DNA from: Alphaproteobacteria bacterium
GTDB lineage: Bacteria; Pseudomonadota; Alphaproteobacteria; UBA828
DNA length: 64,000 bases
Assembly (NCBI GenBank): GCA_965214705.1
Contig: CBDCCI010000002.1
Coordinates: 352,001-416,000, forward strand
Direction: 5' to 3'
Shown here: piece by piece, positions 17,297 through 26,951 of the stretch
How the letters are laid out: each line of letters starts with the position of its first letter
Position numbering within the stretch: the stretch's first letter is position 1
Translations under genes and position numbers: made by a program
Notes under the pieces: model-generated
What the model was told of the DNA's origin: nothing
Database searches by the model: none
Seen by the model: only the letters and a program-made list of their open reading frames with translations

Positions 17297-18030
17297 TCGC
17301 TCTTCGGAGAGCAGGGGGACTCATCGGTGTCGGGTTCGGGTGGCGGCTTGCCCGGGTCCGAGGTCGAGGAACGCTCCCGGGACGCCAGCCAGGCATTCAC
17401 CTTCGCGCGGGCGTAGAGAACCCGGCCCTTCAGCTTCAGGTATGGGGGACCGCCGCCCTCCAGCCTCCAGCGGCAGAGGGTGCTTTGGCTCCGGCGCAAG
17501 ATCGGCGCAAGCTCGCGCGTGCTCCAATAGAGAGGCTTGGCTCCCGCAGCCGGCGGCGGCTCCTCTGCCGCTGCGGACGAAGCCGCGTCCTCGCCGGAAA
17601 GCTCCTCCGCCCCCGGCCCTTCGCCGGCGGCGGCCTCGATCATGCGCCATTCCTCGGCGGTCGCATTCTTCCTCATCCAGGCGCGCATCCGGTCCACGGT
17701 CTTGAGGCGAGGAGAGGAGCCGTTCTGCAGGCGTTTCACGAAGGAGCGGTTCTGCACCGCCCCCTGGCCCACCGCGCTTGGCTTCGCGCCGGTCACGTTC
17801 AGATAGGCTTCCACCTCTTTCCTGAAGCGCGGCCCGATCAGCTCCATGCCCATGAAGTGGAGAATGCGGTCTGCGGTATCGAGGCGGGGCGTACATTTGC
17901 CCCCCAGCAGGACGCGGACAAAGGAGGGGTTGCCGAAGAGCATGCGTCCCATTCCGGACGGACTGAGCTTGCTCCGGCGTTCGATGAAGGCCTTGACGGC
18001 GTCCTTGAGGTATTGAGCACTATCGGTCAT
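17293..18030 (-). CDS. DNA-binding regulator: two tandem Cro-like HTH domains plus a C-terminal AlpA/excisionase-like HTH
   Basis: Duplicated PS..G.....N.SFV..L..G..PRL.T.DR...M units; C-terminal STRELA..L..S.STL.RWR..GGGPPY.K..GRVLY. First gene of the operon. Confidence 0.75.
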   Translation of the reverse strand: MTDSAQYLKDAVKAFIERRSKLSPSGMGRMLFGNPSFVRVLLGGKCTPRLDTADRILHFMGMELIGPRFRKEVEAYLNVTGAKPSAVGQGAVQNRSFVKRLQNGSSPRLKTVDRMRAWMRKNATAEEWRMIEAAAGEGPGAEELSGEDAASSAAAEEPPPAAGAKPLYWSTRELAPILRRSQSTLCRWRLEGGGPPYLKLKGRVLYARAKVNAWLASRERSSTSDPGKPPPEPDTDESPCSPKSE

Positions 18031-18342
18031 GGACCGGAACGTGGCAGGAACGCGTAGAGGAATCAATATGTTTCGGTAGCGGATTGCATACACTCTAACC
18101 ATTCGTGCGCAATCGTGCGCAAATCCGTGAGAAATCGCGCCTTTCCTACAGCCCTTGCGCCCTCCCGAGCGCAAAATTCTGCGCCTCGACCGGCGTGTTC
18201 AGGCGGTTTTGTCGGAAGACAGCGTCAATTCTTGCCTCCCCGTCCGCTATCGGGCCGGCGCACGACGGCCGGCAAGTCGGCCGTCGTCTTGCGGCGCGTT
18301 CGCCGGAATCGGGCCCGCGCCCATCGAGGTCGCGGAGAACAT

Positions 18343-18385
18343 ATAAGGAATATCTACTTGACAGAATGTTATTTTCCCTTATGAC
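18343..18385. promoter_or_regulatory. Candidate promoter/operator of the divergent switch
   Basis: AT-rich island with TTGACA (18358-18363) flanked by the imperfect inverted repeat ATAAGGAATAT / ATTTTCCCTTAT. Confidence 0.45.
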
Positions 18386-18418
18386 ATATACAGTCGCCCG
18401 TGCACTTGAGGACACACT

Positions 18419-19162
18419 ATGACCGACGAACCTAAGGCCCCGGCGCAGTCCGATGCCAGCCGGCTTCTGCAGGACGACCCTGTCAGGAACAGGATCCGCC
18501 ACCTGCTGCGTGAGCGCGACGCGACGATGCGCGAGGCATCCCTCGCCATCGGACGAGGCTCCTCCTACGTGCACCAGTTCCTCGAACGCGGCGTCCCCAA
18601 GGCGCTGAGGTCGCATGACCGCCGTGCGCTCGCCGAATGGCTGCGCTGCGATCCCGAAGAACTGCGCCACGACCATGTGCCCAGGCGCAGGCCCTCCAAG
18701 CCGCGCGCGCCCCGCTTCAAGCCGCCCCAACTTCCCAACGCGCCGGTCTCGGCCGTCCGCGAGATGGCCGTCGACGCCTCCGCCGGCGCCGGCGCGCTCA
18801 ACGAGGACAATGCGGCGGAAGCCGCGCGCTGGTACATGCCCGACGCCATGATCCGCCACGAAGGCCGCGCCGCGCCCGAGAACCTGCGCATCCTCGGCGC
18901 ACGCGGCGATTCCATGGAGCCCCTGTTCGGCGAAGGCGACAGGATCGTGGTCGACGTCTCCCGCCGCGCGCCCGTGACCGGCGAGATGCTCGTGCTCTGG
19001 GACGGCGGCGGCCTCGTGGTCAAGCGGGTCGAGACGCTGCTGCGCTCCCAGCCGCCGTCGCTCCGCCTGCACTCCGCCAATCCCGCCTACGAGCCCTACA
19101 CCTGTCTCGCCGACGAAGCTCACATCGTAGGCAAGGTCCTCTGGGCGATCAGGAAGGTCTGA
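18419..19162 (+). CDS. CI/LexA-like repressor with S24 autopeptidase domain
   Basis: N-terminal HTH (ASLAIGR..SYVHQFL.RG.P); AGAG cleavage region, GDSMEP (Ser), VVKRV (Lys), SANPAY. Confidence 0.9.
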   Translation: MTDEPKAPAQSDASRLLQDDPVRNRIRHLLRERDATMREASLAIGRGSSYVHQFLERGVPKALRSHDRRALAEWLRCDPEELRHDHVPRRRPSKPRAPRFKPPQLPNAPVSAVREMAVDASAGAGALNEDNAAEAARWYMPDAMIRHEGRAAPENLRILGARGDSMEPLFGEGDRIVVDVSRRAPVTGEMLVLWDGGGLVVKRVETLLRSQPPSLRLHSANPAYEPYTCLADEAHIVGKVLWAIRKV

Positions 19163-19265
19163 ACGGAACGACGCGCCGGCACGCGCGATCCTGCGCGGCC
19201 CTCTTCAGGCAGCGCGGGATGCCGAGGCTCACGTCCCGGGTGAGGCGTCCGAGTAGGTCCGTAGT

Positions 19266-21289
19266 GTGTGCTGGGCAGCGCCCAGATCAGGTGGGTTCAA
19301 GTCCCACTGGCGCTCGGGTAAGGGGCGCCATATCCAAAAGTGGGGGTAATTCCTCACTGGCCGGAGTGAGCCGATAAGCGAAACTCTAAACGGGCACGAA
19401 GCCGGAAACGGCGGAGACAGCCAAGGGAGGAGCTAAGTTGGTCCACTGTCGAAAGACAACCGGAAGGCAGGGTGTCCACCGCGAGGTGGAATCTGAAGGG
19501 CTTGCGGAGAAGTACCGGGCCGTAATCGAGGGGGCCACCCCATGATGAATCGGTCGGCCAAAGACGGGGCAAGGTCGAGCCGGCACTATGGCGGCGAAGG
19601 CGTTCTTACCCACCCGTCGCACCAAGGTGTTTGCGAGCGGCACGGTACGGAAGATCTGGACGTGACCCCAGGAGGGCTCGCCGCGTTCCCGGGTGGCACC
19701 GGGATAACGGACCCTATAAGCCGAAAGGCGAAATGGGAAAGGATGCGCGGCGAGCAATCGGACAACCGAATAGTACCTGAAGCCCGGCGAAAGCCGGGTG
19801 ACCGCGCGAGCGGCGGCCGTGTGGGCCGGGGAAGGCGGTTGGCAGAGGTGGTCGGCGAGAGACAGCGATGAGTGAGTAAGGACCATGACGCGGACAAGTT
19901 CCTTGAGCGAAAGACCCGGACATCATGGCCCGAGGAGACTCATCGACTGGATCAACCCGGCGGGTGACAGGAAGGTCCACTCACTGGTGGACAAGGTGTA
20001 CAAGCGGAAGAACCTTGAGGTGGCCTGGGAAAAGGTGAAGCGCAACCGGGGTGCCGGTGGCGTGGACGGAGAGGATTTAGCGGCGTTCGAGGCATCGCTG
20101 GATGCAAATCTCGATCGCCTGCACCGGGAGTTGCGGGACGGTGAGTATCACCCGCAGCCGGTTCTCCAATGCCTGATCCCCAAGGCGGGCCAGCCGGGGA
20201 AGTTCCGCCCGCTCGGCATCCCGACAATCTACGACCGGGTGTGCCAGCAGGCGCTGCTGAACCGGCTGGAACCGATCTTCGAGCCGGTGTTCGACGATGC
20301 CAACTACGGGTACCGGCAAGGAAGGTCTGCCCATGGAGCGTTACGCAAGATATGGAGGGAACTGGACGAGGGCAACGAGTGGGTTCTCGATGCGGATTTG
20401 AAAGACTTTTTCGGGTCCGTGGACCACGAAAAGCTCCTCGAACTCGTCAACCAGCGAGTCTCGGATGGCCGGGTATTAGGTCTGCTCAGGCAGATGCTCA
20501 CGGCCGGGGTGGTGGCCGACGGTAAGAGGCTGCCGACCGAACAGGGCACTCCGCAGGGCGGCATCGTTTCACCGCTGCTCAGCAATATCTTGCTGACCCC
20601 GTTCGATTGGGAAATGCGTCGTCGCGGCTATCGACTAACGCGATACGCCGATGATTGGCTGATCACGTGCCGCACACGCGGGGAAGCCCGCGCAGCACTG
20701 GAGACGGCCAGGCGGATTCTGGCAAAGCTGGGTGTGTCCCTCAACGCCGGGAAGACCCGCATTGTCCATGTCAGGCACGGGTTTGAGTTCCTCGGCTACA
20801 AGATCAAGCAGGGCGAGCGGCCTCTCCGGCTGTCGTCCTCCAAGATCAAGAGCGGGGTTCGCGGGGGAGCGCGCTACGCGGTTCCGCGTGAGAAATCCAT
20901 CCGGCACTTCAAGGACCAGATTCGCCAGCGTACCCGGCGCAAGGCTCCTGTCAGCACGCAGGAGCTGATTGACGAGATCAACCCGATCATTCGGGGATGG
21001 GGCCAATACTATTGCAAGGCCCACGTCCGCGGGCTCTTCCACCAGCTTGACGGCTGGATCGTGCGGCGGCTCTGGTCGCATCGTCGCAAGCGCTGGCGCA
21101 ACGCTGGCTGGAAACAGTTGCCGGAGCGCAAGCTGATCGACGAATACGGGCTTGTTCGCCTGATCTCACTGGTTCCGTCCTTGAACCTTCGTTGAGACAC
21201 CTTTGTGAAAGCGGCTTACGGGAAAACCGTACGGGCCGTTTGAGCGGCGGACGGAGGCTAGCCTCGCGGGGCGCCTCCTCCGACCCGAC
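19266..21289 (+). mobile_element. Group II intron, apparently complete
   Basis: GTGTG 5' end (19264 or 19266); domain V gaaagcggcttacgggaaaaccgtacgggccgttt; domain VI ending cgacccgac; encloses the RT ORF. Confidence 0.85.
19885..21195 (+). CDS. ltrA: Group II intron reverse transcriptase/maturase (no endonuclease domain)
   Basis: GAGGVDG, RPLGIPT..DR, GTPQGGIVSPLLSNI, RYADD, FLGY, maturase X (INPIIRGW..YY). Confidence 0.95.
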   Translation: MTRTSSLSERPGHHGPRRLIDWINPAGDRKVHSLVDKVYKRKNLEVAWEKVKRNRGAGGVDGEDLAAFEASLDANLDRLHRELRDGEYHPQPVLQCLIPKAGQPGKFRPLGIPTIYDRVCQQALLNRLEPIFEPVFDDANYGYRQGRSAHGALRKIWRELDEGNEWVLDADLKDFFGSVDHEKLLELVNQRVSDGRVLGLLRQMLTAGVVADGKRLPTEQGTPQGGIVSPLLSNILLTPFDWEMRRRGYRLTRYADDWLITCRTRGEARAALETARRILAKLGVSLNAGKTRIVHVRHGFEFLGYKIKQGERPLRLSSSKIKSGVRGGARYAVPREKSIRHFKDQIRQRTRRKAPVSTQELIDEINPIIRGWGQYYCKAHVRGLFHQLDGWIVRRLWSHRRKRWRNAGWKQLPERKLIDEYGLVRLISLVPSLNLR

Positions 21290-21417
21290 ACCCGCCACCT
21301 CGGCCTTTACCGCAAGATTGAGCGTGCGCCCGGTAATTGATGCCGCGGTTTGCGGATTATTCGATGCTCGAGATGCTGCGCTCGGTTAATGCACCGGAGC
21401 CGTGAGAGGCTGGGCTT

Positions 21418-22461
21418 TCATCGAGCACGCATCAGCATCTCATTCCAGTCCTTGGCGCCGCAGGGTCGCATCCTGATCACTCTCGGATCGTTGACGGCGA
21501 GCCGATGGGCGGCGCCGTCACCGGCCTTGTCGGCGTCGTAGGCACAGATGATGCGGCGGGGCTTCCACGCCTCGATCCAGGGCGGGACCGTTCTGGCGAT
21601 ACCGGCGGCTGAGGCGACGACGGCGCCGTGCTCGCCGGTCCCCTCGATGCGCAGGCTTCGAGCGGAGATGGCGTCGACGGCGCTCTCGGTGGGCATGACC
21701 AGTGCGGGCTAGTGTCATGTCACACATGGTATGTCGCATAGAATGTGGTAGCTTTCTCGTCGTGCGAGAACGACGAGGGCGCCGGCATGAAGCGATACGT
21801 GGTGACGTTGCAGCAGCGGGAGCGGGAAGAGCTTGCGGGAATCACGCGCAAGGGGTCCCACCGGTCGCAGAAGGTGCTCAACGCCTTGATCCTGCTCAAC
21901 TGCGACGAGGGCGAGTTCAACGAGCGCCGAGCGCACGGGGAGGCCATAGCCGAGATCTTACGCATCAGCGTGCGCAAGGTGGACCGGGTCAAGAAGCGCT
22001 TCGTGGAGGAAGGGCTGGAGGCGGCCCTCGGCGGCCGACAAGGACGCCGGCCATCGTATGTCCGCAAGGCGGACGGCGAGTTCGAGGCGCGCCTGGTGGC
22101 CTTGAGTTGCGCCGAGCCGCCGGAGGGCCACGCGCAGTGGTCGTTGCGGCTGCTGGCCGACCGGGCGGTGGAGCTCGGCCACATCGACAGCGTGTCGCAC
22201 GAGACCGTGCGCCGTGTTCTAAAAAAAACGAGATCAAGCTGTGGAAGCGGGTCGGGTGGGTGATCCCACCGCAACGCAACGCGGATTTCGCGGCCGCGAT
22301 GGAGAAGGTGCTCGATGTTTATGCCGTCCCTTCAACCCGGCCTTTCCGGTGGTGTCTTGAAGCGCGCTCGGTCGGCAGGGTCTTTTCGATAGCCGAGGGA
22401 AGCGGCGACCCGGTCGAGGGGGGGTGTTGCGGCAGGTGGCGAGGGGATCGCCGCCGCTCAT
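21418..22461 (-). pseudogene. DUF3991/Toprim primase-like gene broken by IS630 and a deletion
   Basis: N-terminus at 22461 (frameshifted PLDRVAASLGYRKDPADRARF) and C-terminus 21418-21700 (ESAVDAIS, CAYDAD..GD.AA, DWNEML) both match the 37640..38551 protein. Confidence 0.7.
21710..22350 (+). mobile_element. IS630-family element, 3'-truncated
   Basis: Starts at TA; HTH ORF (KRFVEEGLE..L, WSLRLLA, SHETVRRVLKK) with an A8 slippery site into KNEIKLWK..WVIPP..A.FAA.ME.VL.VY; ends abruptly. Confidence 0.85.
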
Positions 22462-22498
22462 TGTCCCGGCGAAGGTCTACTTGGAAGGGAGGCTCGCG

Positions 22499-22552
22499 GC
22501 GTTCCCGTTCCCGTACCCATCAACGCTTAAGGGTGCCGGGGAACGGGAACGC
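22499..22552. repeat. Inverted repeat with GTTCCC/GGGAAC iterons
   Basis: gcgttcccgttcccgtaccc-atcaacgcttaa-gggtgccggggaacgggaacgc. Confidence 0.7.
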
Positions 22553-22553
22553 T

Positions 22554-22870
22554 TCATCCTGCGCTTCCGTTGGTGGCGGCAGGGGACTGCGGCTCCCGGT
22601 TCGCCTCGGCGGCTGCGAGGCGGTAGCGGCCCTTGGCCGCCCGCTCGATGCGCCCCTCCTGGGCGAGCTTCTCGATGGCGGCAACGACGCTTGCGTTGCG
22701 GGCAGCGGCGCGTGAGCGGATCTGGGCTTTCGAGAGGGGCTTTTCGGCCTGTGCGATCGCCTTGACGATGCGCTGCTCGACGGAGACGCGTTCCGGCCTG
22801 TCTTCGTCAGCCGCTTTCCGGTGCAGCCGGAACGCCGGTCCATATCCATCATCGTCGAGCTCCAGCTCGA
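22554..22870 (-). pseudogene. C-terminal winged-helix fragment of an AAA/helicase-like protein
   Basis: Manual translation VEQRIVKAIAQAEKPLSKAQIRSRAAARNASVVAAIEKLAQEGRIERAAKGRYRL; no N-terminus. Confidence 0.45.
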
Positions 22871-23167
22871 TGTCGTTGAGGCCCCAGGCGTGGGATCGAG
22901 ACGGGACTCGCGGCGACGCACTCCGAAGTCATCCGGCGGCCCCGCCATGCCGATCCGATTCTCGAGGACTTCCGCACGCAAACGGCCGGGCCGAGGTTCG
23001 GCTTGAAGACGGTTCTTGTGGGCCTGATCGTCCTGGTCTTCGGCATGCTGCTCGAGAGCCACATACATCTGCTCTACCGATGGCAGTGAGCCCGTCGAGC
23101 CTGCGGCGTTCAGCCTCCCTGCCCCTTGCGCGCACCGGCGCGGCCATAGTAATCGGGGTCTGAGCCG

Positions 23168-24320
23168 ATGGTAGCCACGGTTGTAGAGCTTCGCTCGTCC
23201 GCCATGGCGGTGACCTACTACGAGCGAGACGGCTACTACGCAAAGAACGATCCCGAGCACCGCCAGGCGAGTTTTTGGTACGGGGACGCGGCGAAGGCGC
23301 TGGGGCTCAAGGCCCATGTGCGCCCCTCGCGCTTCGAATCGGTGCTGTCTCATCCTGTTTGTCGCGCCGCACCTGCGTCTCGGCCGGATGCGCGAGGGGG
23401 AGCACGATCACCGGCCCGGCTGGGACATAACCCTGTCCGCGCCGAAGTCGGTATCGTTGGAGGCGCTGGTGATGGGCGACCGCCGGGTGATCCGGGCTCA
23501 CGACGAGGCAGTGCGGGCGACGCTGAAGTTCGTGGAGGCAGAGCTTCTGCAGACCCGGGGCTGGGACCCCACGACCAAGCGCCGTCCCCGGGTGAAGGCG
23601 GAGGGCGTGGTGGTGGCGGGTGGGGTTCCGGCATCTGGCGAGCCGCGACCAGGACCCGCAGCTGCACACCCACTGCGTGCTGGCCAACATGACGCGCAAT
23701 GCGTCCGGGGAATGGCGGAGCGCGGAGCCGACGAAGATCCGGCGCAGCGAGAAGCTGATCGGGGCGTATTACCGGAACGAACTCGCGCTGCGTCTTCAGG
23801 CGCTCGGCATGGCCGTCTCGCCGACCTTGGTGGGACGGGTGCCGGGGTTCGAGCTTGCGGGCTACGACCGCGCCTTCCTGGACGCGTTCTCGGGCAGGCG
23901 CCGCGAGATTCTTGCGTACCTGGAGCAAAAGGACCTGTCATACACGGCGAAGCACACGCAGATGGCGGCGCTGCACACGCGCCGGCGCAGGGAAGACAAG
24001 GGCCTCGCGGACCTGGTGCCGAAATGGCGCGCGCGGGCGCGGGCACTGGGGTTGGTCCGGGAGAAGACGGCCCTCGCGCCGTCCCGGCCGCTCGATCCGG
24101 TGACCGGCGAGCGGGTGACAATGCCGCGCGTGCCCGCGCCGGACCTGCCGCCCCACGAAATCCGCAGCCTGAAGCGCGCGCCGGCGCTGCCGGCGCTGCC
24201 GAGGCGGTCCCGCGACGGCGTTGCCGCGTCGGCGGGGTGAATCCCACGCCCCCTCCCGCTATCCGGCGCCGACGGAGCTGTCGCAGGAGCCCGAGCGGGG
24301 CGTCCTGGAGGCGGTGCAGT
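23168..24320 (+). pseudogene. trwC: MOB_F (TrwC/TraI) relaxase N-terminal domain, frameshifted and truncated
   Basis: YYERDGYY catalytic Tyr pairs, PGWDITLSAPKSVS, AHDEAV, FRH..SR.QDPQLHTH, FSGRR..I; frameshifts near 23350, 23620 and 24240. Confidence 0.9.
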
Positions 24321-25369
24321 GCACGCTGCAGGGCGATGCCGTCAAGGCGGGGCGCCGTTCCCAGGCAAGAACCTGCCCGTGGTGGGGAAGCTTCTCGGAC
24401 AGCCCAGGTACGAGGCAGATGTAACATCACCAGGGGAAGGCAGCGTTCACGCGCCGATGCAGCACAGGGAAGACTTATTTCAGTTACTGTGCTGTATCAG
24501 AGCCTTCGGCGTCCTCATATCTCCTCCTTCAGTACAGTACGCTGGTACGCTATAGCAGTTCTGAATGTGGTCCGTTTGCCGCCCATTCGCTATGCTCTTT
24601 CAAATCAGCTTTGGAGAGAGATCGTGGGAAACACCGTTGAACCACTGCTCAATGGCGAATTGGCGACGATCCTTCGCGAACGGGGTTTCGACACGTCCGC
24701 GGCTGAACAGAGCTTGAGGGACGCCACAGGACGCCGACACCAAATCGACGTCCTAGTAGATCTTGACGACCGCATTGTCGCTATAGAAGCTGAGTTCTCT
24801 CCTGCCCACACTCTGCGAAAGGACTCCACAAAGCGACTCCCGTCAACACCACTTCGCTGGCGAGGCATCCCTATTGAGTCCGTGTTCGAAGTAATCTACC
24901 CAAACATATTGCAGCGAATGAGCGAGCCAGAGGCCCGCAAGGCACTACGAAAATGCAAGGTCACCTTTCAAGAAGTCGCAAGGAACGCCGACGGCAAGCT
25001 ACTTTTGGGAATCAAACAAGAAGGAACTGTGGCCGCCCTTGCAGAAACACTTCACGCTTATTGGATCCAGCATGCGAGTGTATCATCTGTGGAAGACGCA
25101 GTAAATCAAGCTTCACTCGCTATTGAAGAAGCGGTTCAGTCCTTAGAGCGCGTTCCGACAATCCAGTCGCCGGAGGGAGAGCAAACGTTAGCAGCAATGG
25201 CTTTGGTCTGGCTCAACGCACTGCTGTTCCACGAACTACTTGCGGCGAATCTAAACCAAGACGCTCTCCCGGCCGTGCACCGACATCGCACAATCACATC
25301 GCCGGGTTATGACGATTCGCCTGACACGCTGCAACGACAATGGGGAGAAATACTCGAGATCAATTGGTG

Positions 25370-26869
25370 GAGCCGCTTGCAAAACTCTGATCGACTCGGA
25401 GCGGCGCAAGAACACCCAAGCTAGCAGCGACGTCGGCGCACGGCAATTGGCGCGATTTTGGTCGCGACCATGGTCGGATCAGCGTTGGCGCTGCCTCCGA
25501 TTCGGTATTTTCGCCGAACTCCAGGCGCGTTTGGCCGCTCCGCCTCTCAGGAAGTGCGGCTGCGGTGATGGCGAAGGAGAGGAGCCGGACTAGATCGGCG
25601 GAACGATAAGGCGCATCAGCTGGCTGGCCGTCAGCACGGTCATGCCGAACATGAGGTGGGCGAGAACCTTGTCGTACCCGCGCACGCGGACATGGCGGCC
25701 GCCGAACTCATCCTTGAGCCGCCCATTGATCCGCTCGGACCCCGAGCGCACGACGTAACGACGCTCCTCGGGAAAGACGAGACCGAGCGTGCGCCGCGCC
25801 TTCTTCTCCTGCTTCAACGCCTCTTGCATTTCGACCGAGCGGCGGGGGTTCACGTCGATGATCGGCTTGTGGCCCAGCAAGATGCTGTGCGCCCAGATCT
25901 CGATGGAATCATAGGCCGCGTCCATAAGGTCGTAGAGGTTCTCGACCCGCCCGGCCGTCAGGGTTCCCAACGGAATCGCCACCTGGGAGTCATGCGTCGA
26001 CGCAGACGTCATGATGCAGCTAATGGGGATCCCGCCATCGGCGGTATCGACGTGCAGCTTGTACCCGATCCAGGAGGTGGTATGGCCCTTGGCGTTGCGC
26101 TTGCTGCCGACATCGCAGGCCCTCGGCAGGTCTGCCAGCATCTGCGGAAGGCTCATCGTCAGTTGCCGTTCCAGCCGGCTCGGCTCCTTCGCTCGCGCCT
26201 CTCCCTTGCGTGGCCGCCCCCGCTTGCGCCGCTTCGGCTTCGCTGCCTTCGGCTTCGGCGCCGGCTTCTCCCGCGCCTCGATCGCCGTCGCATCCCGCGA
26301 GATGTGCTCGACAAGATGGCCATCCATCGTCCGCGCAATCAACGTCTCATGCAGACGGTTCGCAAGACGGCTCTCGGCAAACTCGGAAAAGGCCCGCGAA
26401 AACGTCGCCTCGCTCGGAAGCCGCCCGGCACCGCTCCAGCCGCACAGCCGCCATAGCCTGCCGTCAACCTCAAGACGCTCGATCAGGCCGCGCGTCGTCG
26501 GAACGTCGAACACGGCCTTGGCGATGAAGGCGCGCGCCAGCGCCGCGCGGTCCTCCTCCGGCCGCCCTACCTGGCCGCGGAAGTAGGGCAGAAGAGCCTC
26601 GACCCGCACCAGTTCCAGAACCGCGACGAACAGCTCGTAGCGCTCGCCCATCGGGCCAAGCTCGCTCTCGAGCCTCGGGAATAACTCTTGTTGAAAGGCG
26701 TACCAGTAATCCGATAGCATCTCGCGCAGGGACACGGCTCCACTCCTCCGTGGTCATCATGCGGTGTTTTGCGGCAGCACATGATACTCACGAGGGTGGG
26801 CCGGTCCCACCGCAAAGGCCTTCACTCAGGCAGAAAAGCAACTCGCTTCAGCTATTTTGCAAGAGGCTC
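25370..26869 (-). mobile_element. IS5/IS1182-like insertion sequence, complete
   Basis: TIRs GAGCCGCTTGCAAAA / TTTTGCAAGAGGCTC; 4-bp TSD GGTG. Confidence 0.85.
25590..26735 (-). CDS. DDE transposase
   Basis: PSEATFSR, SRDATAI, WIGYKLH, HDSQ, MDAAYD, ERINGRLKD. Confidence 0.9.
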   Translation of the reverse strand: MSLREMLSDYWYAFQQELFPRLESELGPMGERYELFVAVLELVRVEALLPYFRGQVGRPEEDRAALARAFIAKAVFDVPTTRGLIERLEVDGRLWRLCGWSGAGRLPSEATFSRAFSEFAESRLANRLHETLIARTMDGHLVEHISRDATAIEAREKPAPKPKAAKPKRRKRGRPRKGEARAKEPSRLERQLTMSLPQMLADLPRACDVGSKRNAKGHTTSWIGYKLHVDTADGGIPISCIMTSASTHDSQVAIPLGTLTAGRVENLYDLMDAAYDSIEIWAHSILLGHKPIIDVNPRRSVEMQEALKQEKKARRTLGLVFPEERRYVVRSGSERINGRLKDEFGGRHVRVRGYDKVLAHLMFGMTVLTASQLMRLIVPPI

Positions 26870-26951
26870 GGTGGCCAATATTTTCAATCGCGCGCGATAC
26901 ACTGAGAGACATGCCTCCGCAATGGTCGTCTCTCGCACTCATCCCTTTAAG

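Larger units (their letters stand above)
24624..26950 (+). pseudogene. N-terminal fragment of a probable type IIG restriction-modification enzyme, interrupted by an IS
   Basis: PD-(D/E)xK-like IDVLV...IEAEF; QW.EILEINWW|PIFSIARD reading resumes after the IS; lower GC. Confidence 0.55.

Noticed and set aside
19290-19308. tRNA-like T-arm GTGGGTTCAAGTCCCAC
   Set aside because: No cloverleaf; it is the usual early domain I hairpin of the intron.
19885-21195. RT as a DGR, retron or defence RT
   Set aside because: Maturase domain plus intron domains V/VI identify an ordinary group II intron; no TR/VR pair or Avd seen.
22410-23630. Frameshifts in the primase and trwC fragments as programmed recoding
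   Set aside because: They lie in already broken genes, partly at G-runs; decay or sequencing error is more likely. Only the IS630 A8 site fits known programmed frameshifting.
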